Translations under genes and position numbers: made by a program | Assembly (NCBI GenBank): GCA_902779035.1 | Contig: CACZAH010000003.1 | Span: 619-64,618, forward strand | DNA from: an uncultured Erysipelotrichaceae bacterium | GTDB lineage: Bacteria > Bacillota_I > Bacilli_A > RF39 > UBA660 | Reading direction: 5' to 3' | DNA length: 64,000 bases | Shown here: positions 9,865 through 19,580 of the stretch, one piece after another | How positions within the stretch are numbered: position 1 is the stretch's first letter | How the letters are laid out: the number at the start of each line of letters is the position of its first letter | Notes under the pieces: generated by a model | The model's database searches: none | What the model saw: only the letters and a program-made list of their open reading frames with translations | What the model was told of the DNA's origin: nothing

Positions 9865-10620
9865 ATGAAATTTTTAAATATTATTAATAACAATTTCTAT
9901 TTATGTCTTGGTATTATTATTGCCCTTTTATTATTGAATGTTATTTTAATTATTGTAATAGTTAATCAAAGAAAGAGAAAGAGAATTAAAGATAGTTTTA
10001 AAGAAATTGAAGATATTGTAAATGATAATAGTACTGATGTTGACGTGGAGGATACTTATAAACCAGAAGTTGCTTTTGAACTGGAACAGATTTTAGAAAA
10101 AATGCAGAAAGATGTAGAAGTTCCACCAGAAGAGGTTGTAAGAAAGTTTGAAGAAGAACAAGAGAAGAATGCGATAATTAGTTATCAAGAATTATTAGAT
10201 AGTGTAAATAACAATAAAATATCTATTGAAGAAGAGGAAGAGGGCGATGTTGATTATGTTGCTCAACTAGAGTCTGAACTTAATTTAGATAACTTATTTG
10301 ATAATGCACCATCTACAGTAGAAACTCCTGTATTTGATATCACACTTGAATCTATAGATAATTATGCAAATAAGAGTCATTTGGATATTATAGATGAAAT
10401 TGATATAGATGAAAAACCTAAGAAGTTTAAAAATTCTGAGGTAATATCTCCTGTGTTTGGTCGTGATATTCCCAACTATGAATATAAGAAAATAAATAGT
10501 TTTGCAAATACTAATAACAAAGTAGAAGTGGAACAAGTAGCTGGAGATACTATAGATAAAGAGATTAAGAAAAATGAAGATTTCCTTAAAGCCTTAATAG
10601 AGTTTAGGAATAATCTATAA
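9865..10620 (+). CDS. membrane-anchored acidic protein, unknown function
   Basis: Single N-terminal TM (LCLGIIIALLLLNVILIIVIV) followed by a D/E-rich low-complexity region. Confidence 0.45.
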   Translation: MKFLNIINNNFYLCLGIIIALLLLNVILIIVIVNQRKRKRIKDSFKEIEDIVNDNSTDVDVEDTYKPEVAFELEQILEKMQKDVEVPPEEVVRKFEEEQEKNAIISYQELLDSVNNNKISIEEEEEGDVDYVAQLESELNLDNLFDNAPSTVETPVFDITLESIDNYANKSHLDIIDEIDIDEKPKKFKNSEVISPVFGRDIPNYEYKKINSFANTNNKVEVEQVAGDTIDKEIKKNEDFLKALIEFRNNL

Positions 10621-11897
10621 TGAAATTTTATATATACAATTTAGGATGTAAGGTTAATTCGTATGAATCTAATATTATGAAGGAGAACTTAGAAGCAAAT
10701 GGATATGTACAAGGTAATGAAGATGATAGTGATATTTATATTATAAATACTTGTACTGTTACTAATACTTCTGATAATAAATCATTAAAAATAATTAGAA
10801 GAGTCCTTCGTAATCATCCTAATTCTATTACAATTGCCTGTGGATGCATGACACAGGTAAATTCTGTTTATTTAAAAGACTTAGATGTTAAGGTTATTAT
10901 AGGAAATATTGGAAAGAGTAAAATAGTAGATTATATAAATGAATATATAAAGAATAAAAAACAAATTATAGATATAACTGATTTTAAAGATGATAAGTTT
11001 GAAGATATGTGTCTTAATAATTTTGATAAGACTAGATCATTTGTTAAAATAGAAGATGGTTGTGAAAATTTCTGTAGTTACTGTATTATTCCTTATGCAA
11101 GAGGTAAAGTACGTAGTAAAGATCCTGAATTAGTTATAAGTGAAGTTAAAAATCTAATTAAAGAAGGTCATAAAGAAGTAGTATTAACTGGTATTCATAC
11201 AGGACATTATGGTGCAGATATTAATTATGATTTTGCTAAGCTACTTAATAGACTAGTTAAAATTAAGGGATTAGAAAGACTTAGAATATCATCTATTGAA
11301 ATAACTGAGATAACTGATGAAGTATTAGATGTTCTTAAGAATAATCCTAACTTAGTATCACACTTACATATACCTCTACAAAGTGGTTCTAATGCAGTTT
11401 TAAAGTTAATGAATAGAAAATATGATAAAGAGTACTTTATAGATAAAATTAATAAAATAAGAAGTATAAGAAAGGATATTTCTATTACTACTGATGTAAT
11501 AGTAGGTTTTCCTAGTGAAACAGATGAGTTATTTAATGAAACTATAGATACTATAAAAAAGATTAATTTTTCTAAGATACATGTATTTCCATTTTCTTTA
11601 AGAAAGAATACTAAAGCAGAGAGTATTCCTAATCATGTAGATGATGTAACTAAGAAAAACAGAGTTAAAAAGTTAGTTGATTTAAGTAATGAACTAGAGA
11701 ATGATTACATGAATAAGTTTATTAATAAGACTGTATTATTACTTCCTGAAGTATACAAAGAAGGATACTTAATAGGACATACTGATAATTATCTTAAAAT
11801 TAGAGTAAAGGGAAGCCATGAATTACTTAATAAAATAATTGAAGTTAAAGTACTTAAGAATAGTTATCCATACCTAGATGGAGAAATAATTAAATAA
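10620..11897 (+). CDS. mtaB: radical SAM methylthiotransferase, MtaB-like
   Basis: N-terminal MTTase Cys triad (C..C..C). Radical SAM CENFCSYCIIPYARG. C-terminal TRAM-like segment. ATG overlaps the upstream stop (TAATG). Confidence 0.7.
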   Translation: MKFYIYNLGCKVNSYESNIMKENLEANGYVQGNEDDSDIYIINTCTVTNTSDNKSLKIIRRVLRNHPNSITIACGCMTQVNSVYLKDLDVKVIIGNIGKSKIVDYINEYIKNKKQIIDITDFKDDKFEDMCLNNFDKTRSFVKIEDGCENFCSYCIIPYARGKVRSKDPELVISEVKNLIKEGHKEVVLTGIHTGHYGADINYDFAKLLNRLVKIKGLERLRISSIEITEITDEVLDVLKNNPNLVSHLHIPLQSGSNAVLKLMNRKYDKEYFIDKINKIRSIRKDISITTDVIVGFPSETDELFNETIDTIKKINFSKIHVFPFSLRKNTKAESIPNHVDDVTKKNRVKKLVDLSNELENDYMNKFINKTVLLLPEVYKEGYLIGHTDNYLKIRVKGSHELLNKIIEVKVLKNSYPYLDGEIIK

Positions 11898-11910
11898 TGG
11901 AATTAATTAA
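11884..11910 (+). repeat. 27-bp direct repeat, copy 1 (spans the mtaB stop codon)
   Basis: AAATAATTAAATAATGGAATTAATTAA is identical to 14431..14457. It carries the left arm of the terminator seen complete at copy 2, but no right arm follows here. Confidence 0.85.
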
Positions 11911-12020
11911 CTGCTCTAGATAATCTACTGAGGAGTTGAAAATGATAAAACATATAGAACACACATTGATAAATAAAAGGAAAAATCAGTACTTAATTTT
12001 TATTTAAGTGGAGGTTAAAA

Positions 12021-12755
12021 ATGGAAGAAGTTAGAATATTATGGAGTGGAATAACAGGCAGAACAGGAAGAGAAGCCTATGAAATAGCAAAAACAAGTGA
12101 TGATGTAGAAATAGTTGCAGGAGTATGTAGAAGTAATAGTAGTTTTTATAATTATAATGAACTAGATGAGATAAAGGAAAATTTTGACATAATAGTAGAT
12201 TTTTCTCATAAAGATAGTTTTGATAAGGTATTAAATTTTGCTTTAAGAGTTAAAAAGCCTATTATCATTGGAACTGCTGGATTAGATGAAACACAAATTA
12301 AAGCATTTGAGGAGGTTTCACATATTATTCCTGTATTTAGGGGTGGAAACTTTAGATTTGATGTTAAGAAATTTATTGACGGTGTTGTAGAATATGCTAG
12401 AACCTGTGATAAACAAAAATTAGAACTTATTGAAACACATTATAAGACAAAAAAAGTTCCAAGTGAAACTGCTAAAGTAGTGGCTAAAAGAGTTTTAGAT
12501 GAAACAGGAAAAGAAATGGAAATAAAATCATTTTTAGAATATGATGAACTAATAAATGATTGGAAAGTTGATGACTTACATTGCAGAGTTATAGGCTTTA
12601 AAGAATTAGCAGAAGATGTTTTGAAAATTGCTGTTATGATGAAAGATAAAAAACCTGCAGGAGTATATGATTTAGATAGATTATTTAGAGAAAAACAAGA
12701 AGAATTAAGAGAACAAATATATGAAGATGGTAGTATAAAAAAATCAAAAAAATAA
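12021..12755 (+). CDS. DapB-family (dihydrodipicolinate reductase-like) oxidoreductase, divergent
   Basis: GITGRTGRE dinucleotide loop, DIIVDFSH, PIIIGTAG, GGNF, ELIETHYKTKKVPSETA in place of the canonical E.HH..K.DAPSGTA. Confidence 0.5.
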   Translation: MEEVRILWSGITGRTGREAYEIAKTSDDVEIVAGVCRSNSSFYNYNELDEIKENFDIIVDFSHKDSFDKVLNFALRVKKPIIIGTAGLDETQIKAFEEVSHIIPVFRGGNFRFDVKKFIDGVVEYARTCDKQKLELIETHYKTKKVPSETAKVVAKRVLDETGKEMEIKSFLEYDELINDWKVDDLHCRVIGFKELAEDVLKIAVMMKDKKPAGVYDLDRLFREKQEELREQIYEDGSIKKSKK

Positions 12756-12767
12756 TTTGGAGGGAAT

Positions 12768-13685
12768 ATGACTTTAGCAATATTTTTCACGATATTTGCC
12801 TCGTTTCTATGGGGTATAACAAATCATATTGATAAGTTTATGATAAGTGGTGTTGATAAGTCTGGAAGTAATGTAAAAACATTATTAGTTTTTTCTACAT
12901 TAGTTGCAGGGCTTGTGCTTTCGCCTATATGGTTAATTTTTAGCAATTTTTCTATAGGTATTAGCACTATTTCGTTAATATGTGTATTACTATCATCATT
13001 TATCTATATACTAGCAACATATTTCTACTTTAAGTCATTAGAAAAAAATGATGCCTCAATAGTAGTTGTTATGTTTCAGTTAATACCTGTATTTAGTTAT
13101 ATATTGGCATTGATATTTTTTAAAGAAAATCTTACCATACAACAAATTATTGGCTCAATAGTAATTATTCTATCTGCAGTTTTAATATCATTTGATTTTG
13201 AGGAAAAGAATAATAAAAACAAATGGTTGGCACTAATCTTAATGACACTATCATCTTTGTTTTATGCAACATATTTCTTCTTATTTGATATAGGAATAAG
13301 AAATAGTTCATATAATTCTTGTGCTTTTTGGTTTCAAATTGGTTTCTTAATATTAGGTTTGATACTAATATGTATTAAGAGTTTTAGAACAACCTTTATT
13401 AAAGCAATAAAAACTAATGGTAAAAAATATTTTTCTTTGAATATAACTAATGAGGTAATTAACTTAATTGCTAATTTACTTGTTAATTTAGCAAATGTCA
13501 TAATACCACTTGCTTTAGCAAATGTCTTGAATGGGCTTCAAGGTGCATTTGTATTTATATTAGCAGTTATTGGTATGAAGTTATTACCTAAATATTTTAA
13601 AGAAAATATGAGTAAAAAGATAGTTATTCAAAAGATTAGTTGCATTATATTAAGTATAATAGGACTAATTATTATGTTTATTTAA
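12768..13685 (+). CDS. EamA/DMT superfamily transporter
   Basis: About 10 hydrophobic helices arranged as two EamA-like halves. 305 aa. Confidence 0.65.
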   Translation: MTLAIFFTIFASFLWGITNHIDKFMISGVDKSGSNVKTLLVFSTLVAGLVLSPIWLIFSNFSIGISTISLICVLLSSFIYILATYFYFKSLEKNDASIVVVMFQLIPVFSYILALIFFKENLTIQQIIGSIVIILSAVLISFDFEEKNNKNKWLALILMTLSSLFYATYFFLFDIGIRNSSYNSCAFWFQIGFLILGLILICIKSFRTTFIKAIKTNGKKYFSLNITNEVINLIANLLVNLANVIIPLALANVLNGLQGAFVFILAVIGMKLLPKYFKENMSKKIVIQKISCIILSIIGLIIMFI

Positions 13686-13705
13686 AGAAATGGAGGTTGA
13701 ACATA

Positions 13706-14260
13706 ATGAAAAATAATTATTTGTTAATTCACGGAAGTTTTGGAAGTCCATTTGTTAATTGGTTTCCTTGGTTAAGAAAAGAAATAGAAAGTCAAGATTT
13801 AAATGTATATACTCCAGACTTCCCAACAGGTGTAGGTTTCCAAAATTATGAGAGTTGGTCTAAACTGTTAAAAGTTTATTTAGAAAGTGGAATAATAAAC
13901 GAAAATACAATAATATTTGCTCACTCAATAGCACCTATATTTATATGTAAATTTCTAGTGGAAAATAAAGTTAAAGTTAAGAGATTAGTTCTAGTATGTG
14001 GTTTTAATAACTACTTAGGAATAAACGAAGAATATGATGCAGTTAATGAGAGTATGTATTTTAATAACTTAAGTGATGTTAAGAAATATTGTGATGATAT
14101 TATTTGCTATTATAGTGATAATGATCCTTATGTAAAATTTGAAAAAGAAAAAGAATTCGCAGACACAATTGCTACTGAAAAATTTATTATCAAAAATGGT
14201 GGACATTTAAATTCGGAAAGTGGATATATTGAATTTGATGAACTACTAAAACATGTTTAA
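13706..14260 (+). CDS. YdeN/RBBP9-like serine hydrolase (alpha/beta fold)
   Basis: MKNNYLLIHGSFGSP..NWFPWL start and AHSIA nucleophile elbow variant. SD GGAGG before the ATG at 13706; the track start at 13640 lies inside the upstream gene. Confidence 0.55.
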   Translation: MKNNYLLIHGSFGSPFVNWFPWLRKEIESQDLNVYTPDFPTGVGFQNYESWSKLLKVYLESGIINENTIIFAHSIAPIFICKFLVENKVKVKRLVLVCGFNNYLGINEEYDAVNESMYFNNLSDVKKYCDDIICYYSDNDPYVKFEKEKEFADTIATEKFIIKNGGHLNSESGYIEFDELLKHV

Positions 14261-14430
14261 GTAAGGAAAAAAAATAAATAAGTTTATGTTTTTAAATTAG
14301 ATAGTATTGTAGAATGATTTAATCAAATTCTACATAAATATCAGAATATTAATAATATTTCAGACAGAAGAATTAATAGATTATGTATTTTATTAAAAGG
14401 ACAAATAAACAAATTATAGAGCATAATTGA

Positions 14431-14457
14431 AAATAATTAAATAATGGAATTAATTAA
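14431..14457 (+). repeat. 27-bp direct repeat, copy 2
   Basis: Identical to 11884..11910. Here it is embedded in a complete terminator. Confidence 0.85.
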
Positions 14458-14484
14458 ACTATAACACATTCCATTATTTTTTTT
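14439..14484 (+). terminator. strong intrinsic terminator
   Basis: Perfect 12-bp stem AAATAATGGAAT/ATTCCATTATTT, 17-nt loop, T-run to 14484. Confidence 0.75.
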
Positions 14485-14515
14485 ATTCATACTATATGGT
14501 AGATAGGAGGTAATT

Positions 14516-14776
14516 ATGTTTAACTTATTTAATAAAGGATACGGGGGTTGTTGTAATACTGTGAATCAAGGATGTATGGAAAGAGAAATAGTAGAACCAA
14601 CAATTAATAAATGTATTGAGAAAGAATATTATCATGAAGTACCACATGTATGTCCAATACATACTCATGTAATTAATAAACACATCTATAAACATACTTA
14701 TACACCACAATATAGTTGTTCAGAAGAAAATCAAGTATATAATGAAGACTGTGGATCTTGTTGTAATTTTCAATAA
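14516..14776 (+). CDS. CotD-like Cys/His-rich spore coat protein candidate
   Basis: 86 aa with terminal CC pairs (GGCCNT, GSCCNF) and a His-rich core (HEVPHVCPIHTHVINKHIYKHTY), resembling the inner spore coat protein D family as I recall it. SD AGGAGG. Confidence 0.45.
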   Translation: MFNLFNKGYGGCCNTVNQGCMEREIVEPTINKCIEKEYYHEVPHVCPIHTHVINKHIYKHTYTPQYSCSEENQVYNEDCGSCCNFQ

Positions 14777-14835
14777 TAGTAGCGCTTGCTACTTTTTTTT
14801 GATATAATCTTATTAAGAGAAAGTTTGGTAAGGTT

Positions 14836-15225
14836 ATGAAAGTATTAACAGTAAAAGAGCCTTGGGCTAGTTTAATTATTAATGGTTATAAAAAGTATGA
14901 GTTTAGAAGTTGGAAAACGAGTTATCGTGGTAAGGCGTTAATTCATGCAGGTAAAAGTATAGAAAAGAATAATTTAGCTTTATTTAATGATTATAATCTA
15001 GATTATTCTTTTGGATATATAATAGGTGAGGTTGAATTAGAAGATTGTATATTAGTTGATGATAAGATGCAGAAAGAGTTAGAGAGTAGTAGTAAACTTG
15101 TATATAGAAAGAATTACGTAGGATTATATGCATGGAAGTTGGATAATATAGTTAAATATAAAAAAGAAGATAGAATTAGTGTAAATGGTAAATTAGGTTT
15201 ATGGAATTATAATGATAGAGGTTAG
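14836..15225 (+). CDS. ASCH domain protein
   Basis: MKVLTVKEPWASLIINGYKKYEFRSW is a typical ASCH/PUA-like start. 129 aa. Confidence 0.65.
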   Translation: MKVLTVKEPWASLIINGYKKYEFRSWKTSYRGKALIHAGKSIEKNNLALFNDYNLDYSFGYIIGEVELEDCILVDDKMQKELESSSKLVYRKNYVGLYAWKLDNIVKYKKEDRISVNGKLGLWNYNDRG

Positions 15226-15226
15226 A

Positions 15227-16159
15227 ATGAAGAAATTAATTAGTGTAGTAGTATCTTGTTATAATGAGAGTGAGGTATTACCTATATTTTATAAAGAAAT
15301 AGATGAAGTATCTAAAAAGATGAGATATGTAGAATTTGAGTTTTTATTTGTAGATGATGGTTCTAAGGATAAGACTTTAAGTATTATTAAAGATTTATCT
15401 AAGAGTGATTCTAGAGTTAAGTATATATCTTTTTCTAGAAACTTTGGTAAGGAAGCGGCTATGAATGCAGGACTTACTTATGCAAAAGGGGATTATGTTG
15501 CTTTGATGGATGCAGATATGCAAGACCCACCTAAATACTTAATAGATATGTATAATTTTTTACAAGAGGATTATGATGTGGTTGCAACCCGCAGAGTAAC
15601 AAGAAAAGGAGAACCTAAGATAAGAAGTATATTTTCTAGAGTGTGGTATAAACTAATTGATAAGATGTCTGATACAGAAATGGTTGATGGAGCTCGTGAT
15701 TTTAGAATGATGAAGCGGGCTGTAGTAGATGCAATATTATCACTTAATGAATATAATAGATATTCCAAAGGGATATTTAGTTTTGTAGGGTTTAAAACTA
15801 AATGGATTAGTTATGAGAATGTAAAAAGAGCTGCAGGTAAAACTAAATGGTCTTTCTTTGGCTTATGTAAATATGCAATAGATGGTATTACTTCGTTTTC
15901 AACGACTCCATTACTTCTTGCATCATTCTTTGGAATACTTTTCTGCTTTCTTGCACTCATTGCAATCATCTTTGTAATTATAAGAACTCTTATTTACGGT
16001 GATCCTGTTGGTGGTTGGCCTTCACTAGTATGTATTATACTCTTAGTAAGCGGTGTACAACTACTATGTATTGGTATTATTGGTAGGTATTTATCTAAGG
16101 TATATTTAGAAACTAAAAAAAGACCTCTATATATAGTAAGAGAGACTAATCAAAAATGA
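15227..16159 (+). CDS. GT2 polyprenyl-phosphate glycosyltransferase (GtrB/CsbB-like)
   Basis: VVVSCYNE, DDGSKD, DADMQDP motifs plus two C-terminal TM helices. SD GAGGT before the ATG at 15227. Confidence 0.8.
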   Translation: MKKLISVVVSCYNESEVLPIFYKEIDEVSKKMRYVEFEFLFVDDGSKDKTLSIIKDLSKSDSRVKYISFSRNFGKEAAMNAGLTYAKGDYVALMDADMQDPPKYLIDMYNFLQEDYDVVATRRVTRKGEPKIRSIFSRVWYKLIDKMSDTEMVDGARDFRMMKRAVVDAILSLNEYNRYSKGIFSFVGFKTKWISYENVKRAAGKTKWSFFGLCKYAIDGITSFSTTPLLLASFFGILFCFLALIAIIFVIIRTLIYGDPVGGWPSLVCIILLVSGVQLLCIGIIGRYLSKVYLETKKRPLYIVRETNQK

Positions 16160-16791
16160 AACTTGGAATAATATTTGATTTAGATGGTACTTTATGGGAA
16201 GTAACTAATACTACTTATTTGAGTGTTAATGAAGTATCTAGTAAGTATAAAATTAATAGCATTAGTAGGGATACTGTTATATCTTGTTTTGGTTTAGATA
16301 AAGATAATACTTCATTAAAATATTATCCTACATTAGATAAAGAGTTTAGATTAAAATTAATGGATGAAACCGCTATATTAATTATAAATAGATTAAAATT
16401 AAGTGGTGGTAATATCTATAATGGTGTTAAGAATACTTTAAAAATATTAAGTAAAAATTATGATTTATATATAGTAAGTAATACTGCAAATTATGAGTAT
16501 ATAGAATCATTTTTAGATGGTAATAATGTAAGAGATTATTTTAAAGATTATATTGCTGCTAGTAGTATTAATATTAGTAAAAGTGATGCAATTAAAAAGA
16601 TTATAAGTGATAATAATTTAGAATGTGCTATATATGTAGGAGATACTATATATGATTTTGATGCAAGCAAGTGTGTAGGTATTCCATTTATTTGGGCTAA
16701 ATATGGATTTGGTAAAAGTATAAATGTAGAATACAGTATAGAGAATTTTAGTGAAATTATTAAAGTTATTAAAAATATATTTAAGCATTAA
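16156..16791 (+). CDS. HAD superfamily hydrolase
   Basis: Motif I IIFDLDGTLW, motif II VSNT, motif IV GDTIYD. ATGA overlap with the upstream stop. Confidence 0.75.
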   Translation: MKLGIIFDLDGTLWEVTNTTYLSVNEVSSKYKINSISRDTVISCFGLDKDNTSLKYYPTLDKEFRLKLMDETAILIINRLKLSGGNIYNGVKNTLKILSKNYDLYIVSNTANYEYIESFLDGNNVRDYFKDYIAASSINISKSDAIKKIISDNNLECAIYVGDTIYDFDASKCVGIPFIWAKYGFGKSINVEYSIENFSEIIKVIKNIFKH

Positions 16792-16851
16792 GAAAGATAT
16801 ACAAACTTTCTTTTTTTTTAATAATTTGATATAATCTCTGTGGTGATGTTT

Positions 16852-18162
16852 ATGAAAAGACCAGTTGTTGCGCTTGTAGGTAGACCTAATGTAGGTAAAA
16901 GTACAATATTTAATAAATTAATAGGAAAGAAAGTGTCAATTATAGAAGATACACCAGGCGTTACTAGAGATAGAATATATGGTGTAGTTAGAACTAATGA
17001 TACTGAGTTTCATTTAATAGATACAGGTGGTATTGAGAAAGAAAATGATAACTTTAATAGTGAGATTAAAGTACAAGCATCTCTTGCAATAGATGAAGCA
17101 GATATCGTTTTATTTGTTGTGGATGGCAAAGAAGGGTTAACTTCCGATGATTATGTAGTACGTGATATGCTTAAAAAGATTGCAAGTCGTGTAATTGTCG
17201 TTATTAATAAATGTGATAGCAAAAAGATTAAAGATAATGAATATGATTTTTATTCTCTAGGCTTTTCAGAGTATTTAAAAGTTAGTGGAGAACAGGGAGA
17301 TGGCATATATGAATTACTTGAGTCTATTACATCAATGATACCTAAATATGAATCTGAAGTAGATGATTCTATTAAATTTTCTATAATAGGTAGACCTAAT
17401 GTAGGCAAAAGTAGTTTAGTAAATGCCATACTTAATGAAGATAGAGCAATTGTATCAAATATTGCAGGTACTACTCGTGATGCAGTTGATACTAAGTTTA
17501 AATATCATGGTGAGTATTTTACAGTAATAGATACTGCAGGTATGCGTAAAAAAGGTAGAGTATATGAAAACATAGAAAAATATAGTTTACTTCGTAGTAT
17601 GAAAGCAATAGATAGATCTGATGTATGTGTTATTGTAATAGATGCTATAGAAGGAATAGTAGAACATGATAAACATATTGCAGGGTATGCACTTGATGCA
17701 AATAAACCTGTTGTACTTGTTGTAAATAAATGGGATACAGTAGACAATAAAGAAGAAGCAATGAAGAAGTGGAAAAATGATATAGTAGCTAATTTTCAAT
17801 TTATGAGTTATGCTAAGGTTGTATTCTTATCCGCACTTACTAAAAGAAGAGTACAAACATTAATGCCAGAGATTATTACATCTTATGAAAACGCAAGACG
17901 TGAGATCAAAACTAGTTTACTTAATGATGTAATAATGGATGCATATAACTTAAATATTCCACCTTCATATAAAGGTAAGAGACTTAAAATATACTTTAGT
18001 ACACAAGTTAGAACAGCTCCTCCTACATTTAATATTCAAGTAAATAATAAAGGATTAATACATTTCTCATATGAAAGATACTTAGAAAATAAAATTAGAG
18101 AAGCTTTTGATTTTACAGGAACTCCAATAGTAATACAGTTTAAGAATAAAGGTGAAGAATAA
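16852..18162 (+). CDS. der: ribosome-associated GTPase Der (EngA)
   Basis: Two tandem G domains (GRPNVGKST/DTGG/NKCD and GRPNVGKSS/DTAG/NKWD) plus a KH-like C-terminus. Confidence 0.9.
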   Translation: MKRPVVALVGRPNVGKSTIFNKLIGKKVSIIEDTPGVTRDRIYGVVRTNDTEFHLIDTGGIEKENDNFNSEIKVQASLAIDEADIVLFVVDGKEGLTSDDYVVRDMLKKIASRVIVVINKCDSKKIKDNEYDFYSLGFSEYLKVSGEQGDGIYELLESITSMIPKYESEVDDSIKFSIIGRPNVGKSSLVNAILNEDRAIVSNIAGTTRDAVDTKFKYHGEYFTVIDTAGMRKKGRVYENIEKYSLLRSMKAIDRSDVCVIVIDAIEGIVEHDKHIAGYALDANKPVVLVVNKWDTVDNKEEAMKKWKNDIVANFQFMSYAKVVFLSALTKRRVQTLMPEIITSYENARREIKTSLLNDVIMDAYNLNIPPSYKGKRLKIYFSTQVRTAPPTFNIQVNNKGLIHFSYERYLENKIREAFDFTGTPIVIQFKNKGEE

Positions 18163-18244
18163 GCATATATATATTTAAATTTTATATTTTTATTGTTAAT
18201 TAACCTCAGATATATTTAAGAATAAAATATACTGAGGTGTTTTT

Positions 18245-19567
18245 ATGTTACAGAATGATTCTAGAAAGGTAAAAGAGGGAGACACTTTTATTGCACTTAA
18301 AGGTATTAATGGAGATGGTCATGATTATATTTTAGATGCAATTAATAGAGGATGCAGTAAGGTAATATGTGAGTATGGTAATTATGATTATGATAATATA
18401 GAGATTGTAGATAGTACTAAGGAATATTTAGATAGTTATATTAAGAATAAGTATGTAGATATAGTTAAAAACTTAAAGTTAATTGGTATAACTGGTACTA
18501 ATGGTAAGACTACTACATCTTTTTTAATATATCAAGCGTTAAATAATATAGATATTAAGTGTGCTTATATTGGGACTATTGGCTTTTATATGGATGGTAA
18601 TAAGTATGATAATATTAATACTACTCCCGATATATTAAGTTTATATCACATGTTAATTGAGTGTGTTAGAAATGATATAGAGTATGTAGTTATGGAAGTT
18701 AGTAGTCAGGGATTATATTATAATCGAGTTAAGTATTTAGAGTTTGATTATGCTATATTTACTAATTTAACACAAGATCATTTAGATTTTCATAAGACTA
18801 TGGATGAGTATTTAAAGTGTAAGATGAAATTATTTAGTATGCTAAAAGATACTGGAGTAAGTATTATTAATAAGGATGATGAGTATTACAAATATTTTAT
18901 TACTAAGAATACTATTAGTTATGGAGTATCTGGAGATTATAAGATTAGTGATATAAATAATAATAGTTTTAAAGTTAATAATATTATGTATAATACTAAA
19001 CTAATAGGGAATTATAATATATATAATATATGTGTAGTTATAATTATATTAGAGTTATTAAATATAGATAGTAATACTATTAAGAGTGTAGTAAGTAGTA
19101 TTAATTGTGCGCCTGGTAGAATGGAGAGGATTAATTATAAAGATTCTACTATTATAATAGATTATGCACATACTCCTGATGCAGTTGAGAAAGTAATTAA
19201 GGCAGTAAAAGGTGATAATAGAGTAATAACTATTATTGGTTGTGGAGGTAATAGAGATAATAGTAAAAGAAAGTATATGGGGAAAATTGCGCTCACTAAT
19301 TCAGATTATGTAATATATACAACAGATAATCCTAGATATGAAGATCCGTATGATATAATACTAGATATGATACAATTACTTGACAGTTTTAACTATGAAA
19401 TTCTTGTAAATCGTAAAAAAGCAATTATAAAGGGTATACAAATGCTAAAAAAAGGTGATATACTATTGATATTAGGAAAAGGACATGAGGATTATCAGGA
19501 GATTAATGGTGTGAAGTATCATTTTAGCGATTCTGAAGCAGTCCTAGATTATATTAATAAAAAGTAG
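18245..19567 (+). CDS. murE: UDP-MurNAc-L-Ala-D-Glu:diamino acid ligase MurE (DNPR motif suggests meso-DAP type)
   Basis: Mur ligase P-loop GITGTNGKTTT and TTDNPRYEDP. Directly upstream of mraY. Confidence 0.8.
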   Translation: MLQNDSRKVKEGDTFIALKGINGDGHDYILDAINRGCSKVICEYGNYDYDNIEIVDSTKEYLDSYIKNKYVDIVKNLKLIGITGTNGKTTTSFLIYQALNNIDIKCAYIGTIGFYMDGNKYDNINTTPDILSLYHMLIECVRNDIEYVVMEVSSQGLYYNRVKYLEFDYAIFTNLTQDHLDFHKTMDEYLKCKMKLFSMLKDTGVSIINKDDEYYKYFITKNTISYGVSGDYKISDINNNSFKVNNIMYNTKLIGNYNIYNICVVIIILELLNIDSNTIKSVVSSINCAPGRMERINYKDSTIIIDYAHTPDAVEKVIKAVKGDNRVITIIGCGGNRDNSKRKYMGKIALTNSDYVIYTTDNPRYEDPYDIILDMIQLLDSFNYEILVNRKKAIIKGIQMLKKGDILLILGKGHEDYQEINGVKYHFSDSEAVLDYINKK

Positions 19568-19580
19568 GAAGAGTGATAAT

